Shown one piece after another: positions 25,876 to 35,385 of a stretch of 64,000 nucleotides of DNA (position 1 is its first letter; each line of letters opens with the position of its first letter). A model generated the notes under the pieces. That model was not told the DNA's origin. It searched no databases and saw only the letters and a list, made by a program, of their open reading frames with translations. The translations under genes and the position numbers were made by a program. Source of the DNA: an uncultured Clostridia bacterium (lineage in GTDB: Bacteria; Bacillota; Clostridia; Christensenellales; Borkfalkiaceae); the NCBI GenBank assembly GCA_947624005.1, contig CANQHV010000007.1, positions 2,059 through 66,058 of the forward strand, written 5' to 3'.

Positions 25876-26808
25876 CTAAATCAGCGAATAAGTTTCGTCC
25901 AGACCGAGCATTATGTTCATATTCTGAACAGCCGCGCCCGAAGCCCCCTTTCCGAGGTTGTCCAAAACGCTTGCCATAAAAATCTGCTCGTCGTTTCCGC
26001 TGACGTAAATTTTCAGATAGTTGGTTCCCGCAAGTTCGTTGGCGGGTATAAATGCGGGAGTATCGTCTTCGGAAGCCACTTTTATAAAATTCTGCGACGC
26101 ATAGTACTCTGCAAAATACTCTCTTATCGATTTTACGTCGTATTTTTTAGCCAAAAGCTTCCTGTAAACGGGTACGGTAACGCACATTCCGCAATAGAAA
26201 TCGCAAATTTCGGGAATGAACAAGGGCTTTACGGAAAGCCCGCATTCCTTTACCATTTCGGGCAAATGCTTATGCGAAAGAGTTACGGCATACTGCCTCG
26301 GCGAATCCAACGCCTTATCCCGTTCGGTATTTTCATAGACCGCAATGGTCTTTTTGCCTGCGCCCGAATACCCAGAAACGCCGTGCGCCGCAAACGGATA
26401 GTCAGGCGCAGCTATACCGCCTTTGACAAGCGGAGCGACAAGCGATATAAAACCCGTCGCATAGCACCCGGGGTTAGCCACCCGCTTCGCCTTTGATATG
26501 CGTTCTCTCCTTTCCCGTGAAAGTTCGGGAAGCCCGTATACCCAATCGTGGTCTGTTCTGTGAGCCGTCGAAGCGTCTATTACGCGCACGTCGGGATTAT
26601 CTATAAGCGAAACAGCCTCTTTTGCGGCGGCGTCGGGAAGACACAAAAAGCAAATATCGGCAGAATTCAGGCATTTTTTTCTGAATTCGGGAATTTTTCG
26701 CTGTTCTTCGGGAAGGGTTATGATATTTACGTCGCCGCGCTTTTCAAGCCGTTCGTAAATCTGTAAACCCGTCGTACCCTCTTTCCCGTCTATAAAAACG
26801 TTGTACAT
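25876..26808 (-). CDS. argC: N-acetyl-gamma-glutamyl-phosphate reductase (short type)
   Basis: 310 aa with the catalytic Cys in NPGCYAT and the C-terminal DNLGKGASGAAVQNMN. Confidence 0.93.
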   Translation of the reverse strand: MYNVFIDGKEGTTGLQIYERLEKRGDVNIITLPEEQRKIPEFRKKCLNSADICFLCLPDAAAKEAVSLIDNPDVRVIDASTAHRTDHDWVYGLPELSRERRERISKAKRVANPGCYATGFISLVAPLVKGGIAAPDYPFAAHGVSGYSGAGKKTIAVYENTERDKALDSPRQYAVTLSHKHLPEMVKECGLSVKPLFIPEICDFYCGMCVTVPVYRKLLAKKYDVKSIREYFAEYYASQNFIKVASEDDTPAFIPANELAGTNYLKIYVSGNDEQIFMASVLDNLGKGASGAAVQNMNIMLGLDETYSLI

Positions 26809-28028
26809 TATTTTAATTTTTTGCTGTCGAGAAGAGCCTTAACCTTGATGGGAAGTCCGAAAAGATTTATAAAGCCCTGCGAATCCATCTGATTATAGCA
26901 ATCGTCCTCGCCGAACGTCGCGATATCTTCGCTGTACAGCGAATACGGCGACGTGATACCGGCATTAATTACGTTACCCTTGTAAATTTTAAGTTTTACG
27001 TCGCCCGTCACGGTTTCCTGCGTTTTATTCACAAACGCGTCCAAAGCTTCGCGAAGAGGCGTAAACCACTGTCCGTCGTAAACCATTTCTCCGTACTTTA
27101 CGGCGATAAGCTGTTTATAATGTTGAGTAGCCTTATCGAGGCAAATCGATTCGAGAAGTTCGTGCGCGGCATACAAAATCGTACCGCCGGGCGTTTCGTA
27201 TACGCCCCTCGACTTCATTCCGACAAGTCTGTTTTCAACGAGGTCAACAAGACCTACGCCGTTTGCGCCGCCGACTTCGTTGAGTTTGCCGATAAGCGAA
27301 ACGCTATCCATCTTTTTGCCGTCGATAGCCGTCGGGATTCCCTTTTCAAAGCTGATTGTAATGTAAGTTGCCTTATCGGGAGCTTTCCACGGCGACACGC
27401 CAAGCTCGCAGATTTTATCGTAGTCGGGTTCGTTGGCGGGATTTTCGAGGTCAAGCCCTTCGTGCGACAGGTGCCAAAGGTTCTTGTCTTTGGAATAGTT
27501 GGTTTCCCTGTTTATTTTAAGGGGAATGTTATGCGCTTCGGCATAGTCAATCTCTTCGTCGCGGCTCTTTATTTTCCAGATACGCCAAGGGGCGATAATC
27601 TGCATTTCGGGAGCAAACGCCTTGATTGTAAGTTCGAAACGGACCTGGTCGTTACCTTTGCCCGTGCAACCGTGGCAAATCGCGTCCGCGCCCTCCTTTT
27701 TGGCGATTTCGACTATTCTTTTCGCGATTATGGGGCGCGCGAAAGAAGTGCCGAGAAGATACTTGTTCTCGTAAACCGCGCCCGCTTTCATCGTGGGGTA
27801 AATATAATCTTCGATAAATTCTTTTTTAAGGTCGAGAACGTAAAGCTTCGACGCCCCCGTCTTAATCGCCTTTTCTTCAAGCCCGTCAAGCTCCGTCGTC
27901 TGACCGACATCGCCCGAAACAGCGATAACTTCGCAGTTATCGTAGTTTTCTTTAAGCCAAGGTATGATAATCGATGTGTCAAGTCCGCCCGAATAGGCAA
28001 GGACTACTTTTTTGATTTTCTTTTCCAA
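26808..28028 (-). CDS. argG: argininosuccinate synthase
   Basis: 406 aa with AYSGGLDTS and [14 protein letters not shown]. Apparent TTG start 7 nt after AAGGA. Its TAA stop overlaps the argC ATG as TAATG. Confidence 0.95.
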   Translation of the reverse strand: MEKKIKKVVLAYSGGLDTSIIIPWLKENYDNCEVIAVSGDVGQTTELDGLEEKAIKTGASKLYVLDLKKEFIEDYIYPTMKAGAVYENKYLLGTSFARPIIAKRIVEIAKKEGADAICHGCTGKGNDQVRFELTIKAFAPEMQIIAPWRIWKIKSRDEEIDYAEAHNIPLKINRETNYSKDKNLWHLSHEGLDLENPANEPDYDKICELGVSPWKAPDKATYITISFEKGIPTAIDGKKMDSVSLIGKLNEVGGANGVGLVDLVENRLVGMKSRGVYETPGGTILYAAHELLESICLDKATQHYKQLIAVKYGEMVYDGQWFTPLREALDAFVNKTQETVTGDVKLKIYKGNVINAGITSPYSLYSEDIATFGEDDCYNQMDSQGFINLFGLPIKVKALLDSKKLK

Positions 28029-28083
28029 AGTTTATATCCTTCTCGTTAAGGTATTTTCGGACGTTTTCCGCCCGACCTGAAAA

Positions 28084-28113
28084 ATTATACAATAATATAT
28101 AATATCAAGTCAA
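28084..28113 (-). promoter_or_regulatory. sigma-A type promoter of the arg operon
   Basis: On the minus strand: TTGACT (rc of 28108..28113), 18-nt spacer, TATAAT (rc of 28084..28089). Confidence 0.5.
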
Positions 28114-28154
28114 GCAAATTACGCCGCAATTTAACTTCAAATTAAACAATTTTT

Positions 28155-28222
28155 TGCATAAAATTGTATAAATGTATTCATTATGCATAATTATACAAAA
28201 ATGCAACCGAATAATGCATAAA
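28155..28222 (-). promoter_or_regulatory. candidate ArgR/AhrC operator array (ARG-box-like TGCATA repeats)
   Basis: Four (T/A)TGCA(T/A)A cores fall within 70 nt. ttatgcataattatacaa (28181..28198) matches the palindrome AATGCATAATTATGCATT at 14 of 18 positions by hand alignment. It sits upstream of a complete arginine operon. Confidence 0.4.
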
Positions 28223-28227
28223 CCAAA

Positions 28228-28866
28228 TCAGTACAGCGTGGTAAGAAAATCATACAAACTCATTCTGTCGCGCAAGGCTTTATAGTCGGGCAAACATTCG
28301 CCGACAAGTTTCCAGAATGCGTGCGAATGATTATGGCAGATTGTGTGACACAGCTCGTGTACAATGACGTAAGTCTGCAATTCGCGTGGCAGCATAAACA
28401 ATAAAAAATTGAAAATAAGGTTATTTTTCGCGTCGCAGCAGCCCCACCTGCCTTTATAACTTTTTACCGAAACGCTTGCGGGAGTTGTTTTTGTCTTTTC
28501 GGCGAGCGTTTTTACTTCGTCCGACAGCCTGCCGTAAAAATGCGCCTCGTAAGTTTTTTCGACGTCGCGCAATGATTTCAAATGAACGCAGTCGGAAAAA
28601 ATGCCGTTTTTATCGCCTATAAAAAGCGGCAAGGGTTTGCCGTCCACAAGTATGCTTTTATAGTCGATTATATCGCCGTTGCGGCTGAATTTAAGCGAGT
28701 TGCCGCGGACGACTTTTTCTATCCACCGCTCTTTGCTGTCAACAAATTCGGCAATCTGTTCGGTATGCATAGACCATGGCGCGCGCACGGTAATCTGATT
28801 ATCGACGGAAATGCTTATTGCAACCGACTTTCTCGCACTGCGGATTATTACATATTTATACTTCAT
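28228..28866 (-). CDS. YgjP-like metallopeptidase (DUF45 / M48-like, HExxH)
   Basis: 212 aa with ..YKGRWGCC.. and VIVHELCHTICHNHSHAFW, the family signature. Confidence 0.8.
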   Translation of the reverse strand: MKYKYVIIRSARKSVAISISVDNQITVRAPWSMHTEQIAEFVDSKERWIEKVVRGNSLKFSRNGDIIDYKSILVDGKPLPLFIGDKNGIFSDCVHLKSLRDVEKTYEAHFYGRLSDEVKTLAEKTKTTPASVSVKSYKGRWGCCDAKNNLIFNFLLFMLPRELQTYVIVHELCHTICHNHSHAFWKLVGECLPDYKALRDRMSLYDFLTTLY

Positions 28867-29587
28867 CGAGATAAAGCCTCATCTGCACTCGCAGTTCGTC
28901 GCCGACAAGCCCTTCGACAAGCCAAACCCCGTCGCAGAATTTCCGAACAAACTGCAAATTTTCGCCGTATTTACACTGTTTGACATAGGTTATCTGCACG
29001 TTTTTGATATATTTGCCTTTGAGTTCGTCAACCGAGAAAACGTCCATAAGGAAATCGGCGTATTTAGTGTTGTTCAGATGGTTGTAATGGTCGTAATCGG
29101 AATACGAAACGCGGCGGGAATAAATATTTTCGCCGTCGCTGACGCGCGGAATTTTCCAGCCGACAAATTCAACCGCACGGTTTGTATTGTAATCGTCGAA
29201 AGCGTTGTCGCCGAAAAACGCCGTCGTGGGCAGCATCGAAAAATTTTCCGTGCTTATCATACACCAACGGGTTGTTACAACTCCCACCTTTTCGCCGTTG
29301 CAGTAAAGTTCGAAATCACGGAAGAACGTAAGACGTTTGGGCGGCAAGGGCCACGTACGGACTTCGAGCGTTTCGCCGAGCTTTATGTTGCGTTTTGTTT
29401 CTATATACCAATTTACAATTATAAAGCCGATATGTTTGGGCGTCAAAGCGTCGTAACCGAAACCCAATTCGTCGGCGGAAAGACATGCAGATTCCTGCAA
29501 AAAACCGAGCAACGACGAAAGTTTCAGGTTATCGAAAACGTCTACGTCGGTATATTTCAATTCATACGTTTTTATATGCTGATACAT
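28856..29587 (-). CDS. acyl-ACP thioesterase
   Basis: Double hot-dog architecture. The N-terminus YELKYTDVDVFDNLKLSSLLGFLQE is typical of FatA/B-like bacterial thioesterases. Start taken at MYQHIK (29587), preceded by GGAGGTG. Confidence 0.75.
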   Translation of the reverse strand: MYQHIKTYELKYTDVDVFDNLKLSSLLGFLQESACLSADELGFGYDALTPKHIGFIIVNWYIETKRNIKLGETLEVRTWPLPPKRLTFFRDFELYCNGEKVGVVTTRWCMISTENFSMLPTTAFFGDNAFDDYNTNRAVEFVGWKIPRVSDGENIYSRRVSYSDYDHYNHLNNTKYADFLMDVFSVDELKGKYIKNVQITYVKQCKYGENLQFVRKFCDGVWLVEGLVGDELRVQMRLYLDEV

Positions 29588-29698
29588 GTTCACCTCCGCA
29601 CTTGACAATATTTTATCACTATGGCGCGAAATTGTCTATTATTTTGAGTAAATTGGGGCGATTATGTGTGACATAGTACTTTTTATTTGCTCAAAACG

Positions 29699-29727
29699 TT
29701 GACATATATTGTATATTATGGTATACT
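29699..29727 (+). promoter_or_regulatory. sigma-A type promoter of the padR-like gene
   Basis: TTGACA (29699..29704), 17-nt spacer, TATACT (29722..29727). The inverted repeat GTATA-6-TATAC (29711..29726) overlaps the -10 box. Confidence 0.6.
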
Positions 29728-29756
29728 GAATACAACTTACGGAGGAAAAACGTAAA

Positions 29757-31154
29757 ATGGACGAAGAAAAAGAGGAAAAAGGCTCTACTATAAGTTCGGA
29801 CCTTATTCGCGGTCATATAAACACGATAATTTTGCGTACTTTGTACGACCGCGACAAATACGGCTACGAAATTATAGAGGAAATCGAAGCTAACAGCCAC
29901 GGTCAATACACGCTTAAACAACCTACGCTTTACAGCGCGTTGAAAAGGCTTGAATCGCAAGGTTACATAAACGCTTATTGGAAAACCGACGAAGTTTCTT
30001 TGGGCGGCAGAAGAAAATATTACACCCTTACCGACAGCGGCAGGGAAATTACCGAAAAAAATCAAGCCGAATGGGAATATTCGAGGACGATTATAGACAG
30101 TCTTATTTCCGACCGTTCGTTTGATTTTTCAAACCCCGCCCCCACTCCCGTCGATTTCAATATTTTAAAACAGACGACGTCGCGGGTGCCCGTAATCAAA
30201 TCGGAAGATGAAGAAAAGACGGAGGAACGCGACGGGCAAGCCGCCGAAACGGTCGTTTCCGAAACAGCTACGGAGGAAAAAGACGTAAATACTACCGAGG
30301 GCGAAAGTTCGGTTACTACCTTAAGTTCCGAACAAACCGTAAGCGAAGAAACTGCGGTTGTGACCGAAACGGCTGAATTTTCCGATACAACCGAGGAACA
30401 GAAAAGGATTCAACACGAAAATTACCTTAAACTTATTTCCGAACCCGTTCCTCCCCCCGTCCGCGAAACCGAGTCTATGCCGTCCGCAGACGAAATCGAC
30501 ACTCAACGTTTAATATACAACAATAAACCCGAAACCGAGCGCGATTACAGAAATCTTGTCAATAATCTGTTTGTGAGGACGGTTGACAGAGTTCCCTCAT
30601 CGCCCAAACAGAATCCCGCCGTACAAACGCAACCCGTTACCTCGGCGGAAGCTCCCAAAACCGCTACGGTGCGCGTAAGCGGCGCAAGCGTTGCCTCGAA
30701 CTCGGACGGTTTCTCGGTCAATACAAACGATTACGCCGTTACGGGAACGCGCAGAAACCGCTACAACCGCGGTAACGCGTTGTTTATAAGCTCTCTTATC
30801 GTAGGCGCGGTTATGCTGTTTATTACGATTATGAGCGCGGCGTTTACAAAGCAGCTTAAAGTCAATTGGACTTACCCCGTCGTTATAGCGGCAATCGCGG
30901 TAACGCAATGCCTTATCTTCTTTGTTCTGCGCTATACCGACATAGGAAAAAACAACAGACGACCCGTAAACAACTCGTATCTTGCGGCTTGTATCGTGGT
31001 GACCGCCGTTGCGATTTTGGTCATTGTTATAGTTTCGGTGCTTATAACTAATTTCAATTCCGCGGGCGAAGTAATGGCAAAGCTTGTAATTCCCTCGTTT
31101 GTAGCTTTGAATATAACCGTTTTCGGCGTTACATTCTATCTTTTAAGCAAATAA
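29757..31154 (+). CDS. PadR-family winged-helix regulator fused to a long disordered linker and four C-terminal transmembrane helices
   Basis: Residues about 10-105 are PadR-like (GHINTIILRTLYDRDKYGYEI..LKQPTLYSALKRLESQGYI..RRKYYTLTDSGRE). An approximately 200-aa T/E/S/P-rich region follows. Four hydrophobic segments then run from LFISSLIVGAVMLFITIMSAAF to VIPSFVALNITVFGVTFYLL. Confidence 0.8.
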   Translation: MDEEKEEKGSTISSDLIRGHINTIILRTLYDRDKYGYEIIEEIEANSHGQYTLKQPTLYSALKRLESQGYINAYWKTDEVSLGGRRKYYTLTDSGREITEKNQAEWEYSRTIIDSLISDRSFDFSNPAPTPVDFNILKQTTSRVPVIKSEDEEKTEERDGQAAETVVSETATEEKDVNTTEGESSVTTLSSEQTVSEETAVVTETAEFSDTTEEQKRIQHENYLKLISEPVPPPVRETESMPSADEIDTQRLIYNNKPETERDYRNLVNNLFVRTVDRVPSSPKQNPAVQTQPVTSAEAPKTATVRVSGASVASNSDGFSVNTNDYAVTGTRRNRYNRGNALFISSLIVGAVMLFITIMSAAFTKQLKVNWTYPVVIAAIAVTQCLIFFVLRYTDIGKNNRRPVNNSYLAACIVVTAVAILVIVIVSVLITNFNSAGEVMAKLVIPSFVALNITVFGVTFYLLSK

Positions 31155-31155
31155 T

Positions 31156-31629
31156 ATGAAAATTCTTTTAATAGTCGAATCCCACCACCGTCAAAATACC
31201 TTAAAGGTCGCCGAAGCGATTGCAGAGGCAGCGCCCGTGACAATAGCCGAGCTTAAAGATATCGCAAGTTATAATCCCGAACAGTATGACATAATCGGGT
31301 TCGGCAGCGGTATTTATGCGGGCAAATTTGATAAAAAACTTATAAAATATGCCGAAAAAGATTTTAACGTTAAAAAACCGTGCTTTGTAATAAGTACAAG
31401 CGGCACGGGAAAATACGAAAAATACAACGCGGCCTTTATTAAATTGCTTACCGATAAAGGTTGCGAGGTTTTGGGCAGTTTCGGTTGCAAAGGCTTTTGT
31501 AAGTGGTTTATATTCGCCATTGTCGGCGGCATAGCCAAAGGCAAGCCCGATATCGAAGATTTTTCGGCGGCTCAAAGCTTTATCGAAGACGTTATGCGTA
31601 AAGCCGAAAACGCGAAAACAGCCGATTGA
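31156..31629 (+). CDS. flavodoxin-like protein
   Basis: 157 aa with MKILLIVESHH...GFGSGIYAGKF. Short flavodoxin-fold family. Starts 1 nt after the padR-like stop codon. Confidence 0.65.
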   Translation: MKILLIVESHHRQNTLKVAEAIAEAAPVTIAELKDIASYNPEQYDIIGFGSGIYAGKFDKKLIKYAEKDFNVKKPCFVISTSGTGKYEKYNAAFIKLLTDKGCEVLGSFGCKGFCKWFIFAIVGGIAKGKPDIEDFSAAQSFIEDVMRKAENAKTAD

Positions 31630-31659
31630 TTATCGGAAACAAAACAGATTAATAAACTA

Positions 31660-31690
31660 CTGCCCGCGATTGTAAATCGCGGGCAGTTTT
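31660..31690 (+). terminator. intrinsic terminator after the flavodoxin-like gene
   Basis: ctgcccgcgat (31660..31670) pairs with atcgcgggcag (31676..31686), followed by TTTT. Confidence 0.8.
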
Positions 31691-31721
31691 AAGCCCCTTT
31701 GCCGTCGTAGCAAAGGGGCTT
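31691..31721 (-). terminator. hairpin downstream of rny; with the adjacent hairpin it forms a bidirectional terminator pair
   Basis: aagcccctttgc (31691..31702) pairs with gcaaaggggctt (31710..31721), 18 nt after the rny stop. There is no clean U-tract on the minus strand. Confidence 0.5.
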
Positions 31722-31739
31722 AAATTTATATTGATTTGT

Positions 31740-33353
31740 TTATTTAGCGTATTCGCTTGCTCTGAATTCCCGTATAACGTTGACTTTTATCTGACCGGGA
31801 TATTCGAGTTCCGCCTCGATTTTCTTTGCGATATCTTTGGCAAGGAACATTGTTTGCGCATCGTCTACAACTTCGGGTTTGACTATTACGCGCACCTCTC
31901 TTCCCGCCTGAATCGCATAGCATTTATCGACGCCGTTGAAGTTAGAAGCAATCGATTCAAGCTTTTCAAGACGTTTTACATAGTTTGTGCCCGTTTCACG
32001 CCTTGCGCCGGGTCTTGAACCAGAAATCGCGTCAGCCGCGGCTACAAGCACGGCTTCGACCGTTTTAGGCTCGATATCGCCGTGGTGAGCGGCAATGGCG
32101 TTTATAACGTTCTGGCTCTCTCTGTACTTCTTGGCGATATCCGCGCCGAGCTGTATGTGCGTGCCCTCTTGCTCGTGGTCAACCGCTTTACCTATATCGT
32201 GCAGAAGCCCCGCGCGCTTAGCGAGATTTACGTCAAGCCCGAGTTCTTGCGCCATAAGCCCAGCAAGTTGGGCTACTTCGATAGAATGCCTGTATACGTT
32301 CTGACCGTAGCTCGTTCTGTATTTAAGTCTGCCGAGGAGCTTGATAATTTCGGGATGAAGTCCGAAAATGCCTACCTCGAACATTGCGCTTTCGCCCGCC
32401 GCCTTGATTTCGGCGTCCATTTCCTTTTTGACTTTTTCGACGGTTTCTTCTATCCTTGCGGGGTGTATTCTGCCGTCGGAAATAAGTTTTTCAAGCGAAA
32501 GTCTTGCAATTTCACGCCTTATTGGGTCAAATCCCGAAAGAATGACAACCTCGGGCGTGTCGTCGATTATAAGTTCTATACCCGTTGCATTTTCGATTGC
32601 GCGGATATTTCTGCCCTCGCGCCCTATTAAGCGCGCCTTCATATCGTCGCTGGGCAACGGTACGACCGAAACGGTAATTTCCGATGTGTGTTCGCTTGCG
32701 CAACGCTGTATTGCAAGCGAAACGATTTTCTTTGCTTCCGCCGTTGCCTCTTCTTTTGCCGTTTGCTCGATATTCCTTACCTGCAATGCGACGTCGTGGC
32801 GGGTTTCGTCCAAAATTTCGTCCGAAAGCAATTTTTTTGCTTCGTCTTTGGTCAACTGCGCAACTTTTTCGAGTTCTTCTATCATCAATTCGTGCTGATG
32901 ATTGATTTTTTCCTGTGTGCGCTTTATGTCCTGCTCTTTATTTTGCAGAGATTTAATCTGCTGATCCAAAGCTTCGTTCTTCTTCGTAAGGGCGTCCTCT
33001 TTTTTGTCGAGGTTATCTTCTCTTTGCAAAAGCCTTTGCTCTTGCTTTTGTAGTTCCGCTTTTTTCTCGCGCGTTTCCCTTTCGAATTCGTTTCTGAGTT
33101 GCAGTTCCTGTTCCTTTGCCTCTAATAATGCCTCTTTTTTAAGTGCTTTACATTCCAAAGATGCGTCTTCAATCATCTTTCTTGTGCGTTCGCTTACTTC
33201 ACCGAGTCTTTTTTCCGTGCTTTTTTTACTGAAAAAAATACCGCAGAATATACCGACACCGAGCGCAATAAGAATGCCGACGGAAAGTCCGACAGACACC
33301 CCTATAAGTGCGCCGTTTGCAAGAAACAGGGTGCTTAACAGAGATGTGTTCAT
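31740..33353 (-). CDS. rny: ribonuclease Y
   Basis: 537 aa with an N-terminal TM helix, a coiled-coil region, a KH domain ([10 protein letters not shown]) and an HD domain (LLHDIGKA). Confidence 0.96.
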   Translation of the reverse strand: MNTSLLSTLFLANGALIGVSVGLSVGILIALGVGIFCGIFFSKKSTEKRLGEVSERTRKMIEDASLECKALKKEALLEAKEQELQLRNEFERETREKKAELQKQEQRLLQREDNLDKKEDALTKKNEALDQQIKSLQNKEQDIKRTQEKINHQHELMIEELEKVAQLTKDEAKKLLSDEILDETRHDVALQVRNIEQTAKEEATAEAKKIVSLAIQRCASEHTSEITVSVVPLPSDDMKARLIGREGRNIRAIENATGIELIIDDTPEVVILSGFDPIRREIARLSLEKLISDGRIHPARIEETVEKVKKEMDAEIKAAGESAMFEVGIFGLHPEIIKLLGRLKYRTSYGQNVYRHSIEVAQLAGLMAQELGLDVNLAKRAGLLHDIGKAVDHEQEGTHIQLGADIAKKYRESQNVINAIAAHHGDIEPKTVEAVLVAAADAISGSRPGARRETGTNYVKRLEKLESIASNFNGVDKCYAIQAGREVRVIVKPEVVDDAQTMFLAKDIAKKIEAELEYPGQIKVNVIREFRASEYAK

Positions 33354-33427
33354 GTAAGCCTCCTGTATTAAGATATTAAATATATACGATACCGCAATTC
33401 AATCGCGGCAGTTTATATCCGTTTATT

Positions 33428-33456
33428 ATTTTACAACATATTGTCGCGGTTGTCAA
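33428..33456 (-). promoter_or_regulatory. sigma-A type promoter of rny
   Basis: On the minus strand: TTGACA (rc of 33451..33456), 17-nt spacer, TAAAAT (rc of 33428..33433). Confidence 0.6.
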
Positions 33457-33474
33457 TTTATTGGCAGACTAACT

Positions 33475-35385
33475 TTATTTTATATTTTCAAGCCAGACTG
33501 CGGCAACCGCGTCGGACGGCATACGCCAATCGCCGCGCGGCGAAAGCGTTACCGACCCCACTTTTACGCCGTCGGGTATGCACGAACGTTTGAATTGCTG
33601 TGCAAAAAAGCGACGGTAGAAATTTTTAAGCCACTTCGAAATTTCTTCTTCCGAAAACTCGCCTTTAAAAGTTTTGTTTGCGATAAACTGCACCTTTTCG
33701 GGTTCGAATCCCCAACGGACGGCGTAATATAAGAAAAAGTCGTGCAGAATATAAGGTCCGATAAGGTCCTCGGTTTTCTGCGAGATTTTTCCGCTTTTAT
33801 CGGGCGGAAGCAGTTCGGGGCTTATTTCGGTGTTCAGAATATCGTATAAAACGGTTTTCGCTTGCCCGCCGAGCCTGTCCGCCTCGTATTTAACAAGGTG
33901 TTTTACAAGTGTTTTGGGAACCGAGCAGTTTACACCGTACATACTCATATGGTCGCCGTTATAGGTTGCCCAACCGAGCGCAAGTTCGCTTAAATCGCCC
34001 GTACCTATGACCATGCCGCCCGTTTTGTTCGCCAAATCCATTAAAATCAGCGTACGCGTGCGCGCCTGCGCGTTTTCGTAAGTGACGTCAAGTTCGTCTT
34101 TATCGTGACCTATGTCCTTAAAATGCCGCAATACGCTGTCGGTTATGGGAATCACCTTCGCCGTCGCGCCGAGCGCGGAAATAAGCTCGGACGAATTGTT
34201 TTTCGTCTTGCCCGTCGTGCCGAAACCGGGCATCGAAACGCAAATTATGTCTTTTGTATCTTTTTTTAACGCTTTGAAAGCGCGCGCCGTCACCAAAAAA
34301 GCAAGCGCGGAATCAAGCCCGCCCGATATCCCTATGACAGCAGTCTTCGACCGCGTATGTTTAATTCTTTTTTCAAGCCCCTTTGCCTGAATCGAAAGTA
34401 TAAGTTCGGTGCGTTCCGCAAGCGCGCCGTTATCGTCGGGAACAAACGGAAGCCGAGGAAAACGGCGGGTAATTTCGCCCTCTTTGTCGTCCGTTCTGAA
34501 AGATATTTCTCTGTAACCCGAATTATCGTCGCCTGCAAAAAAGCCCGTGGAAATTCTTCTTCTTTCGCCCGACAGCATTTTTACGTCGATTTCCGAAACT
34601 GTAAGGCAATTTTCGAAAAGTTTGCTCTCGTTTAAAATTCTGCCGTTTTCGGCGATAAGATTATGCCCCGAAAAGACCATATCGGTAGTGCTTTCGCCGT
34701 CGCCCGCGTCGCTGTAAACGTAGCCCGAAACAAGCTTTGCCGACTGCATTTTAATAAGGTCGCGCCTGTAATCCGCCTTGCCTACCGTTTCGTCGCTGCA
34801 AGAAAGATTGACTATAATATTCGCGCCCGCTTTGGCGTGATATACCGACGGGGAATCGGGCGCCCATAAATCTTCGCAAAGTTCGCACGCCACGCTGAAA
34901 TCGGGGTTATTTTCGGCTCTGAAAATAAGTTTACTGCCGAAAGGCGCTTTTTTGCCGCATAAAATAACCTCGCCGCACTCTTTTGGCGCGGGAGAAAAAT
35001 GTCTGCGCTCGTAAAATTCTCCGTAGTTAGGCAGAAAAGTTTTGGAAACTACCCCCAGAATATTTCCGTCCAAAACCGCCACCGCGCAATTAAACAACTT
35101 GCCGCCGTAAATTACGGGCGCGCCGACAAAAACAAGAGTATTTACTCCCTTTGTGGATTTTACGATTTCGGAAAGCCCGTCTTGGACGGCGTTTAAAAGC
35201 GCGCTTTGATTAAATAAATCGCCGCAGGTATAACCGCACACGCAGAGTTCGGGAAATACGGCAAGCTGCACGCCCGCCGCATTACATTTTTCTATATCGG
35301 AAATTATATTCCGACAATTGTATTCGACGTCGGCAACCCTAATATCGGGAGTTGCCGCGCAAACTTTGATAAAACCGTATTGCAT
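33475..35385 (-). CDS. nadE: glutamine-dependent NAD+ synthetase (nitrilase-like domain + NAD synthetase domain)
   Basis: 636 aa with an N-terminal CN-hydrolase domain (FPEL..CGY, CEDLW) and a C-terminal PP-loop SGGLDSA. Its ATG overlaps the recA stop as TGATG. Confidence 0.92.
   Translation of the reverse strand: MQYGFIKVCAATPDIRVADVEYNCRNIISDIEKCNAAGVQLAVFPELCVCGYTCGDLFNQSALLNAVQDGLSEIVKSTKGVNTLVFVGAPVIYGGKLFNCAVAVLDGNILGVVSKTFLPNYGEFYERRHFSPAPKECGEVILCGKKAPFGSKLIFRAENNPDFSVACELCEDLWAPDSPSVYHAKAGANIIVNLSCSDETVGKADYRRDLIKMQSAKLVSGYVYSDAGDGESTTDMVFSGHNLIAENGRILNESKLFENCLTVSEIDVKMLSGERRRISTGFFAGDDNSGYREISFRTDDKEGEITRRFPRLPFVPDDNGALAERTELILSIQAKGLEKRIKHTRSKTAVIGISGGLDSALAFLVTARAFKALKKDTKDIICVSMPGFGTTGKTKNNSSELISALGATAKVIPITDSVLRHFKDIGHDKDELDVTYENAQARTRTLILMDLANKTGGMVIGTGDLSELALGWATYNGDHMSMYGVNCSVPKTLVKHLVKYEADRLGGQAKTVLYDILNTEISPELLPPDKSGKISQKTEDLIGPYILHDFFLYYAVRWGFEPEKVQFIANKTFKGEFSEEEISKWLKNFYRRFFAQQFKRSCIPDGVKVGSVTLSPRGDWRMPSDAVAAVWLENIK

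Noticed and set aside
25090-26496. 468-aa plus-strand ORF antisense to argJ/argC. Similar long antisense ORFs occur at 27120..28049, 35487..36419, 21719..22441, 10009..10674, 56738..57601 and 63024..63707.
   Set aside because: Each lies entirely inside a well-supported conserved gene on the other strand. Their translations are R/F/H/Y/C-rich with no recognisable motifs, RBS or domain structure. They are typical shadow ORFs produced by the codon bias of the sense genes.
28084-28113. A+T-rich ATATATTAT stretch resembling the centre of a Firmicute dif (XerCD) site.
   Set aside because: Neither flanking arm matches; there is no TTATGTAAACT-like XerD arm. The sequence is better explained as the -35/-10 region of the arg promoter. 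Gene orientation does not switch here as it would at a terminus.
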